Shown here piece after piece: positions 29,877 through 38,284 of a DNA stretch of 64,000 nucleotides. The DNA lies in contig CAVWAX010000001.1 in the NCBI GenBank assembly GCA_963753145.1, forward strand, positions 39,573 to 103,572, in the 5' to 3' direction. How positions within the stretch are numbered: the stretch's first letter is position 1; each line of letters opens with the position of its first letter. The notes beneath the pieces are model-generated. The model saw only the letters and a program-made list of their open reading frames with translations. It searched no databases and was not told the DNA's origin. The position numbers were made by a program, and so were the translations under genes. The stretch is from an uncultured Solirubrobacterales bacterium (lineage in GTDB: Bacteria > Actinomycetota > Thermoleophilia > Solirubrobacterales > Solirubrobacteraceae).

Positions 29877-30272
29877 TCAGCCCGCGTCAAGCTCGCTAAC
29901 CAGCGAGCGAACGAGCCGGTCGATCTCGTCGCGCGTCGCGCGCACCTCTGAGATCGGCCGGCCCTTGGGGTCGGGCAGATCCCAATCGATGTAGCGCTTG
30001 CCCGGGATGTAGGGGCAAGCGTCGCCGCAGCCCATCGTCACGACCACGTCGGCCCGCTCCGCAAGCTCGTGCGTCAGCGGCTGTGGGTGGCGCTCGGCCA
30101 GGTCGATGCCCAGCTCGAGCATCGCCTCCACCACCTCCGGATGCACATGCTCGGCGGGTGTCGTGCCCGCGGACTCAGCGCTGTGGCGCCCCCGCGCCGC
30201 CCGCTCGAACAGCGCCTGGCTCATCTGCGAGCGACCCGCGTTATGAAGGCACACGAACAGCGCCCGCGCCAT
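29877..30272 (-). CDS. arsC: Arsenate reductase (LMW-PTP fold)
   Basis: FVCLHNAGRSQM (CX5R), VVTMGCGDACP, WDLPDPKG. Confidence 0.9.
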   Translation of the reverse strand: MARALFVCLHNAGRSQMSQALFERAARGRHSAESAGTTPAEHVHPEVVEAMLELGIDLAERHPQPLTHELAERADVVVTMGCGDACPYIPGKRYIDWDLPDPKGRPISEVRATRDEIDRLVRSLVSELDAG

Positions 30273-30996
30273 CGCGGCTCGCCTCCTCCTGGTGGGGCAA
30301 CAGCACCTCGGCCGCCTCCGCTGGGGTCACGCCGGGGTAGAGCGTCCTGATGAGCAGCACCGCGCAAGCGCCGCCGAAGAGCTGCGCGACCACATATCCC
30401 GGCACCGACGAGGGCGCGATGCCCGCGAACGTGTTCGAGAAGATGCGTCCCACCGTGATCGCCGGGTTGGCGAAGCTGGCCGAGCTCGTAAAGAAGTAGG
30501 CCGCCCCGATATACGCGCCCACCGCCGCCGGGATCGTGTTTGCGCGTTTGGTGCGCGCAAGCGAAAAGATCACCAGCAGCAGGCCGGCCGTAGCGATCGC
30601 CTCGGAGAACAGGTGCGCCGGCGAGGCCCGGTGGTGGGTCGAGATGCTGATCGCCGCGAGCGAGAACATCGCGTTGGCGGTGACCGCCCCGCCGATGCAG
30701 CCCAACACCTGGACCGGGATGTAGGCCAGCGCGTCGCGCCAAGCGATCCCACCGAAGCCCGCGTCGGCCAGCGACACGACCGGGTTGAAGTGCCCACCCG
30801 ACACCGGCCCGAACATCAGGATGATCGCGAACAGCCCGGCGGCCGTCGCCACCGCGTTCTCCAATAGCTGCAACCCCACATCGCCCGGCGAAAGCGTCTG
30901 CGCGGCGATGCCCGATCCGATCACCAGCGCCGCGAGCAGCCCTGAGCCGAGCAGCTCGGCCAGCAGGCGGCGGTGCAGTGGCGGCGAGGTATCCAC
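30241..30996 (-). CDS. MIP/aquaporin channel (AqpS-like, arsenic associated)
   Basis: GHFNPVVS and FANPAITVGR loops; overlaps arsC; TAGGAT 6 nt before GTG. Confidence 0.88.
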   Translation of the reverse strand: MDTSPPLHRRLLAELLGSGLLAALVIGSGIAAQTLSPGDVGLQLLENAVATAAGLFAIILMFGPVSGGHFNPVVSLADAGFGGIAWRDALAYIPVQVLGCIGGAVTANAMFSLAAISISTHHRASPAHLFSEAIATAGLLLVIFSLARTKRANTIPAAVGAYIGAAYFFTSSASFANPAITVGRIFSNTFAGIAPSSVPGYVVAQLFGGACAVLLIRTLYPGVTPAEAAEVLLPHQEEASRDGAGAVRVPS

Positions 30997-31010
30997 GCAC
31001 GCATCCTATT

Positions 31011-31053
31011 GCATCGATAACCGTCGCTTCAATAGATGAATGTATATCGATGC
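31011..31053. promoter_or_regulatory. Inverted repeat GCATCGATA-N25-TATCGATGC upstream of aqp-arsC (ArsR-type operator candidate)
   Basis: Arms at 31011-31019 and 31045-31053 in an AT-rich stretch next to the -10. Confidence 0.5.
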
Positions 31054-31153
31054 TGGTCGATCTGGGTCGGGCCGCTGTGCCGGCTTCTACGTAGTCTCGC
31101 GCGGGGACTTTCCCGATGTCGTGGGCGCCGACGTGGCGTAGCGTCGAGACACG

Positions 31154-31501
31154 ATGACCCCCATCGCCAACCGAGTGGACGCGACGCCCCGGGTGCTCGA
31201 CTTGCTGGAGCGCCTGCGGGCTCGCTACGGCCCGCTGGCGATCCACCAGTCGGGCGGCTGCTGTGACGGCAGCTCCCCGATTTGCCTGCCTTCGGCCGAG
31301 TTGCCGCCCGGCCCGGACGACGTCTTGCTCGGCGTCATCGGCGAGACGCCGGTCTACATCGACGGCGACCAGGACGAGCGCTGGCTGCGCCCCTCGCTCT
31401 CACTCGACGTAGCCCCCGGCGCCGCCATGGGCTTCTCCTTGGAGGGCGTCGAAGACGTTCACCTCGTCGCCCTGGATTCGTGCGTCCTGGAGGGTCGCTA
31501 A
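31154..31501 (+). CDS. DUF779 family protein
   Basis: HQSGGCCDGSSPIC, LDVAPG..GFSLEG. Confidence 0.85.
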   Translation: MTPIANRVDATPRVLDLLERLRARYGPLAIHQSGGCCDGSSPICLPSAELPPGPDDVLLGVIGETPVYIDGDQDERWLRPSLSLDVAPGAAMGFSLEGVEDVHLVALDSCVLEGR

Positions 31502-32656
31502 TGCCGGGTCGCAGCGTGCGCATAGCGCGCATCGCCGGCATACCCGTCGGGGTGAGTCCGTGGTGGCTTGCGATCGTCGCGCTCATCACCTGGTCGCTCG
31601 GCGCCTCCTACTTCCCCGAAGCGATCCCCAACATCGCCCCCGCCGCCTCCTACGCGCTCGGCCTGGCAAGCGCGCTGCTCCTGTTCGCGAGCATCCTCGC
31701 CCACGAGTTCGGCCACGCGCTGGTCGCGCGCCGTGCCGGCATCGAAGTCGAAGAGATCGACCTCTGGCTCTTGGGCGGCGTCTCGCGCATGAAGGGCGAG
31801 GCCCACGATCCCCGCGACGAGCTGCGCTACGCCTTGGCGGGCCCGCTGGTCACCGCCGCGATCGCCGTGTGCTTCCTGATCGCGGCCCTTCTACTGCCGG
31901 CCTCCACGCCGGCCGCGGTTCGCGTCTTGGTCGAATACCAAGCGCTCGTCAACGGCCTGATCCTCGTCTTCAACATGCTCCCGGCCTTCCCGCTGGACGG
32001 CGGGCGCGTGTTGCGCTCGCTGTTGTGGCGGCGCTCCGGCGACATCGGCAAGTTCGACCGCCACCGCCGCGAGCGTCGGTCGGGGCTTCGGCTACGTGAT
32101 GATCGGTCTCGGGCTGCTCGAGTTCCTCAGTGGCCAGCCCACCGGCCTGTGGCTGGCGCTGATCGGCTTCTTTATCGTCATGGCGGCCGGCTCGCAGGCG
32201 GTCGGGGCTCAGATCCAGGCCGCGCTCTCGGGCGTGCACGCTTCAGACTTGATGTCCACGCCCGTCATCAGCATCCCCGAGCGCACCTCCGCCTTGCAGG
32301 CCACCACCGACTATTTCGTGCCCTACCGCTACACGGCCTTCCCCGTGGTGGACGATCGCGGGCGCGCCACCGGCCTGCTCAGCATCGGCCTGGTGGACCG
32401 CCTCACCCGCTCCCAGCGCGCGGCCCAATGGGTCGCCGACGTCGCCGACCACGACCCCTCGCTGCTGGTCGCCCGCGGCGAGGATGTCGCGCGCGTGCTC
32501 GAGCGGCCCGCGTTTGCCCGCGTCGGGCGCGCCGCCGTCGTCGACGAGGACGGCGCCCCGATCGGCCTGCTCTCGATCACCGACGTCCAGCGCGCACTGC
32601 GCGCCGCCCGCATCGCCGAGCCGGCCGGCGGCGGCCACGCGGGCGTCAGTCGCTGA
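31501..32656 (+). pseudogene. Site-2 (M50) protease with CBS domains, +1 frameshift at ~32053 (possible sequencing error)
   Basis: HEFGH and FNMLPAFPLDGGR. The frame changes at AAGTTCG, then a CBS pair follows (FPVVDD, GLLSITD). The span is 1156 nt (3n+1). Confidence 0.85.
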
Positions 32657-32918
32657 GAGCCTCGCCGTCGGCCTCGCCGTAGACCGAGTCCGAGGACTCC
32701 TCGTCGAGCCCGTTGGCGTCCTGCAAGACGCGCCCGGCGCTGTGCTCGTCGCCGTGCGAGGCGTGTTCGATCAGCTCCTGCTCGGCCTGCTCGAAGCCCT
32801 CGGCCTCGCCGCCGCCCGCTTCTTCGACCGCGCGGCGCTCTTCGCGGTGGCGCTCGTTGCGGTTCATCAGCGGCTCGGCCTTGCTCTGCTCGGTCGGTCG
32901 GGGCGCGTCTTGGTCCAT
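32646..32918 (-). CDS. Small acidic hypothetical protein
   Basis: AVEEAGGGEAEGFEQAEQELIEHASHGD; codon pattern typical of real genes in this window. Confidence 0.6.
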   Translation of the reverse strand: MDQDAPRPTEQSKAEPLMNRNERHREERRAVEEAGGGEAEGFEQAEQELIEHASHGDEHSAGRVLQDANGLDEESSDSVYGEADGEALSD

Positions 32919-32975
32919 GCGTTGCACTCTACCCGCCCTCCCGGTCCCCAAGCAGCGTCGAGCGTTTTTCGACAG

Positions 32976-33155
32976 CCCGCCGCTCGAGACGGCGGGGGCG
33001 ACGCAAGGGCGCGTTCACAGCGAGAGAGGAGAGGTCGCGCGCGGCAGGCTGCTCCGCGCGCGACCGTCTCCCTGGCGTCCAGGTAGGGAGTGCTGGACGT
33101 CTGCCTGTCCCGGTGGATGATGCGCCATCCTCACCGCCCTCGGGTCGGGGGGCGG
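32976..33155. other. Cluster of five stem-loops in an intergenic region
   Basis: Stems at 32976-32996, 33028-33071, 33075-33100, 33115-33130 and 33134-33155. Confidence 0.4.
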
Positions 33156-33211
33156 CGCTGAGACCACGATGACGCGGTCGGGGCAGCTTTGTACGGTCGT
33201 GGGGTCTGCGC

Positions 33212-33514
33212 TCATCGAGCCCTGCGCTCCCTCTGCTCCAAGCCGGCGCGCAACTGGCGCACCTGCTCGGTGAGCTTGCGGTTGTCGCTGCGCAACCGAG
33301 CGGCCTGGCGCCGCGCTGAGGCCATTTCCTGGGCGAGCACCGGTAGCACCCGGCGCAGGTTCTGCAAGCGGTCCAGCAGTTGCTCGCGTTCGGCCGCCTC
33401 GAAGCTGCTCGGGCCGATCCGCAAGCCGGTGGGGGCGACGATCGGCATATTGGCGGCGGCGGCGATCGCCGGCCCCTCTCTCGTCGCGATCGTCGGTGGT
33501 GCGATGGTTGACAC
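33212..33514 (-). CDS. Hypothetical coiled-coil protein
   Basis: REQLLDRLQNLRRVLPVLAQEMASARRQAARLRSDNRKLTEQV heptad pattern; purine-rich RBS. Confidence 0.55.
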   Translation of the reverse strand: MSTIAPPTIATREGPAIAAAANMPIVAPTGLRIGPSSFEAAEREQLLDRLQNLRRVLPVLAQEMASARRQAARLRSDNRKLTEQVRQLRAGLEQRERRAR

Positions 33515-33701
33515 TGATTCGTTCCCTTCGGGCGTTTTCTAGCCACGCATACTCCCGTTCGCCCGCCCCCGCTCCATCCGCACCCACCACGCGCCTCGCT
33601 CGGGGATTTACCACATGGCCGCGCGGGTTGGGTAGTTATCCGCAGCCGAACACGGCTTTACGCGGCTGTCCGGCCGGCGCGCCGCGCCTAACGTGCCGGC
33701 C

Positions 33702-34136
33702 ATGTCCAACTGCATGGTGCTCGGCTATGACCGCACAGAAAGCGCCCGCTTGGCGGCCAAGTGGGCGCTCGAGCGCCTGCTGCCCGACGGCAGGCTCGTG
33801 ATAGTCCACTCCTGCCGCCCCCTGCACGCCCCGCCCTCGCCGCTCTCGGGCGCCGAGGAGCGTCATCGACTCGGTCGCGACCTCGTCGACGAGCTGCTGC
33901 TCGAGGGCGAGGACTCGCTGTTCGACCTCGATGTCGAGGTCGAGGTCTCAGACGAGGACCCCGTCTCCGCGCTCAGCGAGGCCGCCCAGCGCTACGGGGC
34001 CGAAGCGATCGTCGTCGGCTCCGAGCACCACTCGCGCCTGCACAAGGCCTTGGGCACCGTCACGACCGAGCTGCTGCAAAAGGCGCCCGTGCCGGTCATT
34101 GTGGTGCCCCAAAGTGCCCGCGTCGACGCGGTTTGA
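33702..34136 (+). CDS. Universal stress protein
   Basis: MVLGYD, AIVVGS, LGTVTTELL..PVPVIVVP; TAACGT 7 nt upstream. Confidence 0.85.
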   Translation: MSNCMVLGYDRTESARLAAKWALERLLPDGRLVIVHSCRPLHAPPSPLSGAEERHRLGRDLVDELLLEGEDSLFDLDVEVEVSDEDPVSALSEAAQRYGAEAIVVGSEHHSRLHKALGTVTTELLQKAPVPVIVVPQSARVDAV

Positions 34137-34193
34137 GCCGCGCCCATGGCGCCGTCCGAGCGTTTGCGGTCGCCAAGCGCGCATCGAGGCTCC

Positions 34194-35162
34194 TCACGGC
34201 ACGATCACGCCGGCCCCGACGAAGCGCCCATTGCGCAGATCCTCGAGCGCCTCGGCGGCTCGCTCCAGGGGATAGCTGGTCACGTGCGTATGAACGGGAA
34301 CCTCGGGCGCCAGCGCCAGGAACTCGCGCGCGTCCGCCCTGGTCAGGTTGGCGACCGAGCGCACCGTCCGCTCCCCCCACAACAGCTCATACGGAAAGGA
34401 GGGGATGTCGCTCATGTGGATGCCGCCGCACACGACCGTCCCGCCCGGCGCCGTGGCGCGCAGCGCCGCCGGCACCAGCGCCCCGTCAGGCGCAAACACG
34501 ATCGCGGCATCGAGCGGCTGTGGTGGGGACTGCTCGGAGGACCCCGCCCACGCGGCGCCCAGTTCCAGCGCGAAGCTCTGAGCCGCCTCGTCGCCAGGGC
34601 GCGTGAAGGCCACGATCTCGCGACCCTGCCAGACCGCCACCTGGGTGACGATGTGCGCGGCCGCGCCGAAGCCATAGATCCCGATGCGCCGAGCCTCGCC
34701 GCACATCCGCAGCGCCCGGTAGCCGATCAGCCCGGCGCAAAGCAGCGGCGCGGCCTGCTCGTCCGGATAGCCCTCGGGGATGGGAAAGCAGTAGCGCTCG
34801 TCGGCAACCGCGTATTCGGCCATGCCCCCGTCGATGTCACAGCCCGTGAAGCGCGCGCGTGGGCAGAGGTTCTCCCGTCCGCTTCGACACCACTCGCACT
34901 CGTCGCAGCTCCAGCCGAGCCACGGCACCCCGACGCGTCCGCCGTCCGGCTCGACCGTGGCCACGATCTGGTGGCCCAGCACCCGCGGTGGCGAGCGCAC
35001 CTTCACCTCGTTGTCGAGCAGATGCAGATCGGTGCGACACACCCCGCAGGCCTTCACCCTCAACAGCAGCTGCCCAGGTCCCGGCTCGGGAACCGGGAGC
35101 GTCGCGACGCGCAGTGGACGCCCCGGGCCGTCGAACACGATCGCGCGCATCTGATCGGGCAT
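34194..35162 (-). CDS. Zn-binding alcohol dehydrogenase family protein
   Basis: GVCRTD, VLGHQ, CDECEWC..ENLC, LLCAGLIGYRAL, YGFGAAA. Confidence 0.92.
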   Translation of the reverse strand: MPDQMRAIVFDGPGRPLRVATLPVPEPGPGQLLLRVKACGVCRTDLHLLDNEVKVRSPPRVLGHQIVATVEPDGGRVGVPWLGWSCDECEWCRSGRENLCPRARFTGCDIDGGMAEYAVADERYCFPIPEGYPDEQAAPLLCAGLIGYRALRMCGEARRIGIYGFGAAAHIVTQVAVWQGREIVAFTRPGDEAAQSFALELGAAWAGSSEQSPPQPLDAAIVFAPDGALVPAALRATAPGGTVVCGGIHMSDIPSFPYELLWGERTVRSVANLTRADAREFLALAPEVPVHTHVTSYPLERAAEALEDLRNGRFVGAGVIVP

Positions 35163-35185
35163 ACCAGTGAAGATAGTCTCATCAT

Positions 35186-36217
35186 GTGGGCGCCATGAAC
35201 AGCGGTCTCTATTTCGAGCACCCCGCCTGCCTGGAGCACGACCCGCGTGCGCACATGCCCTCGCATCCGGACACGCCCGAGCGTTTGCTGGTGCTCGAGC
35301 GCGCGCTGGCCGCCCGCGATTGGCTCGGCTGGGAGCGCTGCCAAGCGGACCCCGCGAGCGAGCGCGAGCTGGAGTTGGTCCACAGCCCCCACCACGTCCG
35401 CGCGATCCGCGAGCTGTGCGCGGGCGGGGGAGGCGCGATCGACGCCGACACCTACGTCGGCGAGGCCTCCTACCGCGCCGCCCTGTACGCGGTCGGCGCC
35501 GCATGCGCGATGACCCGCGCGCTGGTCGAGCGCGAAGCCGAGTTCGGCTTCTGCGGCGTGCGACCCTCCGGACACCACGCCGAGCCCGACCGTGCGATGG
35601 GCTTCTGCCTGTTCAACAACGTCGCGATCGCCGCCGAGTACGCGATCCGCGAGCTGGGCGTCCGGCGCGTGTTCGTGCTCGACTGGGACGTCCACCACGG
35701 CAACGGCACCGCCGAGGCCTTCCGCCGGCGCTCAGACGTCCTGTTCGCGAGCATCCACCAGTCCGGTCTCTACCCCGGCACCGGCCCGCTCGGCGACGTC
35801 GGCAGCGGCGCGGGCGAGGGCTACACGATCAACCTTCCGGTGCCCGCCGGCAGCGAAGAGGACCTGTGGCTGTCGCTGCTCGAGCACATCGCGCTGCCGG
35901 CCGCAGCCGCATTCCAGCCCGAATTGGTGCTGCTCTCAGCCGGCTTCGACGCCCACCGTGCCGACCCGCTCGCCGGGGTGCGCCTGGAGACAGAGTCCTT
36001 CGGCGAGATGACCCGCCACCTGCGCGACATGGCCCGCGGCGCCGGTGCGCCGCTGGGTGCGATACTGGAGGGCGGCTACGAACCTAAGGTCCTGGCCGAC
36101 TGCGTGATCGAGACCCTACAAGCGCTCGGTGACCCGCGCGAAGCACACTCTGCGGCACCCGAGCCGCTCTTGACCTCCCGCGCCGCGGCCCAGATCGGCC
36201 GCTACTGGTCGCTATGA
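35186..36217 (+). CDS. Histone deacetylase family protein
   Basis: HPDTPERL, RPSGHHA, GFCLFNN, DWDVHHGNGT, SAGFDAH, LEGGY. Confidence 0.93.
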   Translation: MGAMNSGLYFEHPACLEHDPRAHMPSHPDTPERLLVLERALAARDWLGWERCQADPASERELELVHSPHHVRAIRELCAGGGGAIDADTYVGEASYRAALYAVGAACAMTRALVEREAEFGFCGVRPSGHHAEPDRAMGFCLFNNVAIAAEYAIRELGVRRVFVLDWDVHHGNGTAEAFRRRSDVLFASIHQSGLYPGTGPLGDVGSGAGEGYTINLPVPAGSEEDLWLSLLEHIALPAAAAFQPELVLLSAGFDAHRADPLAGVRLETESFGEMTRHLRDMARGAGAPLGAILEGGYEPKVLADCVIETLQALGDPREAHSAAPEPLLTSRAAAQIGRYWSL

Positions 36218-36922
36218 CTCTTTGATCAGGCCCCGTTTGAGCGCGTAGCCGACGAGCTCGGCGCGCGAGGACAGGTTCAGCTTCTGCTGGATGTGGGCCC
36301 GATGTGTCTCCACCGTGCGCACCGACAGGAACAGCTGCTCGGCGATCTCCGCGTTGGTGTGCCCCAGCGCGATCAGACGAAGCACGTCCACCTCGCGCTC
36401 GCTCAGATCGTCGGGCGGTCCCGGCGCCGGCTCTGAGGCCAGACGCGCGCCCAGGCGCGGGTTCAGGTAGCTCTCCCCGCGCGCCGCCCTGCGCACCGCC
36501 TCGACAAGCTCGTCGTCAGCGGCCTCCTTGAGCACGTATCCGATCGCGCCCGCGCTGAGCGCGTGGCGCGCAAAGGCGGGCTCCTGCTGCATCGTGAGCA
36601 CCACTATCTCGGTGTCCGGGCTTTTCTTGCGGATCTCCGGGATCGCCTCGAGGCTCGAGCCGCCCGGCATGTTCAGATCGAGCACCAGCACAGCCGGATG
36701 GTGTCCGCGCACGTAGCGCTCGGCGCTTTCCACGTCGCCTGCTTCGGCGACCACCTCGAAGTCGCTCTCGGTCTCGAGCAGCAGACGCAATCCGCTGCGC
36801 ACCACCGCGTGGTCGTCGGCCAGCACGATGCGAATCGTCTTGCGGCTCTCATCGCCCTGGGCGCTCGCCTGTCCCGGCTCGGCCTCGCGCGCCTGCTCGA
36901 CCTGCTGACCCTGTTCGCTCAC
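36212..36922 (-). CDS. NarL/FixJ-family response regulator (NreC-like)
   Basis: LADDHAVVRSGL, LDLNMP, YVLKEAA, LSEREVDVL, VRTVETHRAHIQQKL; TAGCGT 7 nt before GTG. Confidence 0.92.
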   Translation of the reverse strand: MSEQGQQVEQAREAEPGQASAQGDESRKTIRIVLADDHAVVRSGLRLLLETESDFEVVAEAGDVESAERYVRGHHPAVLVLDLNMPGGSSLEAIPEIRKKSPDTEIVVLTMQQEPAFARHALSAGAIGYVLKEAADDELVEAVRRAARGESYLNPRLGARLASEPAPGPPDDLSEREVDVLRLIALGHTNAEIAEQLFLSVRTVETHRAHIQQKLNLSSRAELVGYALKRGLIKES

Positions 36923-37123
36923 CAGCGAGACGCTAGCGCGTGGGGCGGTCGTGTGCCTGCGGCGAACTACGCGCGCCGGTGTGGAGCGGTACGGATAGCT
37001 CACCACCGCGGGCTCATACCGATTTCATGCCGAGCCGCCCCCTGGCGCCATACGCGTGGCCCCGATCTTGTTCACAGGAAGTCCGACAGCGGCGCCTGGA
37101 CGGGCGCGCCGGCCGGCCCCCGC

Positions 37124-37819
37124 CTACTTCGCGCGCCCGCGCCGGTAGCGGTAGCCAAAGCCCCGCACCGTCTCAATCGGCGTGGACCCGGGCTGCTCAG
37201 GGTCGAGCTTGTGGCGCAAATAGCCCACGTACAGCTTCACCTGCTCGGGCGAGACGCCGAACGAGTCGCCCCACACCAGCTCGAGCAACTGGTCGCGGCT
37301 GAGCACCTGGTTGGGGTGGCGCACGAACACCGCCAGCAGCTTGAACTCCAGCGGCGTGAGCGTGATCGCGCGTTCTTCGTAGAGCACCACGTGCGCGGCG
37401 AAGTCGATCGACAGGCGCCCATCGGCGTAGGTGCGCTGCTGCTCGCCCTCGGGGCGGGCCCTACGTAGAAGCGCGCCGACGCGCGCCACGAGCTCTTGGC
37501 GGCCGAACGGCTTGACGACGTAGTCGTCGGCGCCGCCCTTCAGGCCGCGCACGCGCTCGAGCTCGGTCTCGCGCGCGGTCAGCATCAACACGGGCACGTC
37601 GCTGAGCTCCCTGATCCGCTCGAGCGTGCTCCAGCCGTCGAGCTCGGGCATCTCCACGTCGAGGATCACCAGGTCGGGCGCCGCCGCGTAGAGGTCGCGC
37701 AGTCCCGAGCGCCCGTCGGGCGCTTCGCGCACGTCGTGCCCCGCGCGCTCGAGCAGGCCGCGAACCACACCCCTGGTGAGCTCGTCGTCGTCGACGACCA
37801 GCACGCGCGATCCGCTCAT
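37124..37819 (-). CDS. OmpR/PhoB-family response regulator
   Basis: VLVVDDD, ILDVEMP, GADDYVVKPF, IETVRGFGY. Confidence 0.92.
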   Translation of the reverse strand: MSGSRVLVVDDDELTRGVVRGLLERAGHDVREAPDGRSGLRDLYAAAPDLVILDVEMPELDGWSTLERIRELSDVPVLMLTARETELERVRGLKGGADDYVVKPFGRQELVARVGALLRRARPEGEQQRTYADGRLSIDFAAHVVLYEERAITLTPLEFKLLAVFVRHPNQVLSRDQLLELVWGDSFGVSPEQVKLYVGYLRHKLDPEQPGSTPIETVRGFGYRYRRGRAK

Positions 37820-37876
37820 ACCTCGCTCACACCGCCTCCAGCCGCGGATCCGACGGACGCCGTCGAGTATTGAGTC

Positions 37877-38221
37877 ATGGCACGAATAATCATCAGCGAG
37901 CCCCACGCCGACGTCCGCGCTTTGGTCGCGCGGATGGTCCTGCAACTGGGCCACGAACCGATAGTCCTCAGGACCCCGATGCCCGAGCAGTTCCTTGGCG
38001 CCGACCTGTTCCTGGTCGAGCCGGCCGACCCGATCGGCGCGGTGCTGGTCAAGGCGGCGAGCTTGATCGCGCCCGAGATGCCGATTGTGTTCGTCAGCGT
38101 CGAAGCTCCGCCCGAGCTCGACGTCGAGCCGGCTGCGCACGTGATGAAGCCGTTCACGGGTGAGCAGCTGCGCGGCGCGATCGATCGGGCCCTGGCGCTG
38201 GGCCGCCGTCGCTGCGCCTGA
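37877..38221 (+). CDS. Stand-alone atypical receiver-like protein
   Basis: RIIISEPH, LFLVEP (Glu where Asp is expected), PIVFVS, VMKPF. Confidence 0.6.
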   Translation: MARIIISEPHADVRALVARMVLQLGHEPIVLRTPMPEQFLGADLFLVEPADPIGAVLVKAASLIAPEMPIVFVSVEAPPELDVEPAAHVMKPFTGEQLRGAIDRALALGRRRCA

Positions 38222-38264
38222 GCCGCCTCGCGGGGACCACCGCCCACGCGTGGCGCGAGGCGGC
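38222..38264. terminator. Hairpin between convergent genes
   Basis: GCCGCCTCGCG..CGCGAGGCGGC, 11-bp perfect stem. Confidence 0.55.
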
Positions 38265-38284
38265 CTGGGTGACGGAGACTCGGC

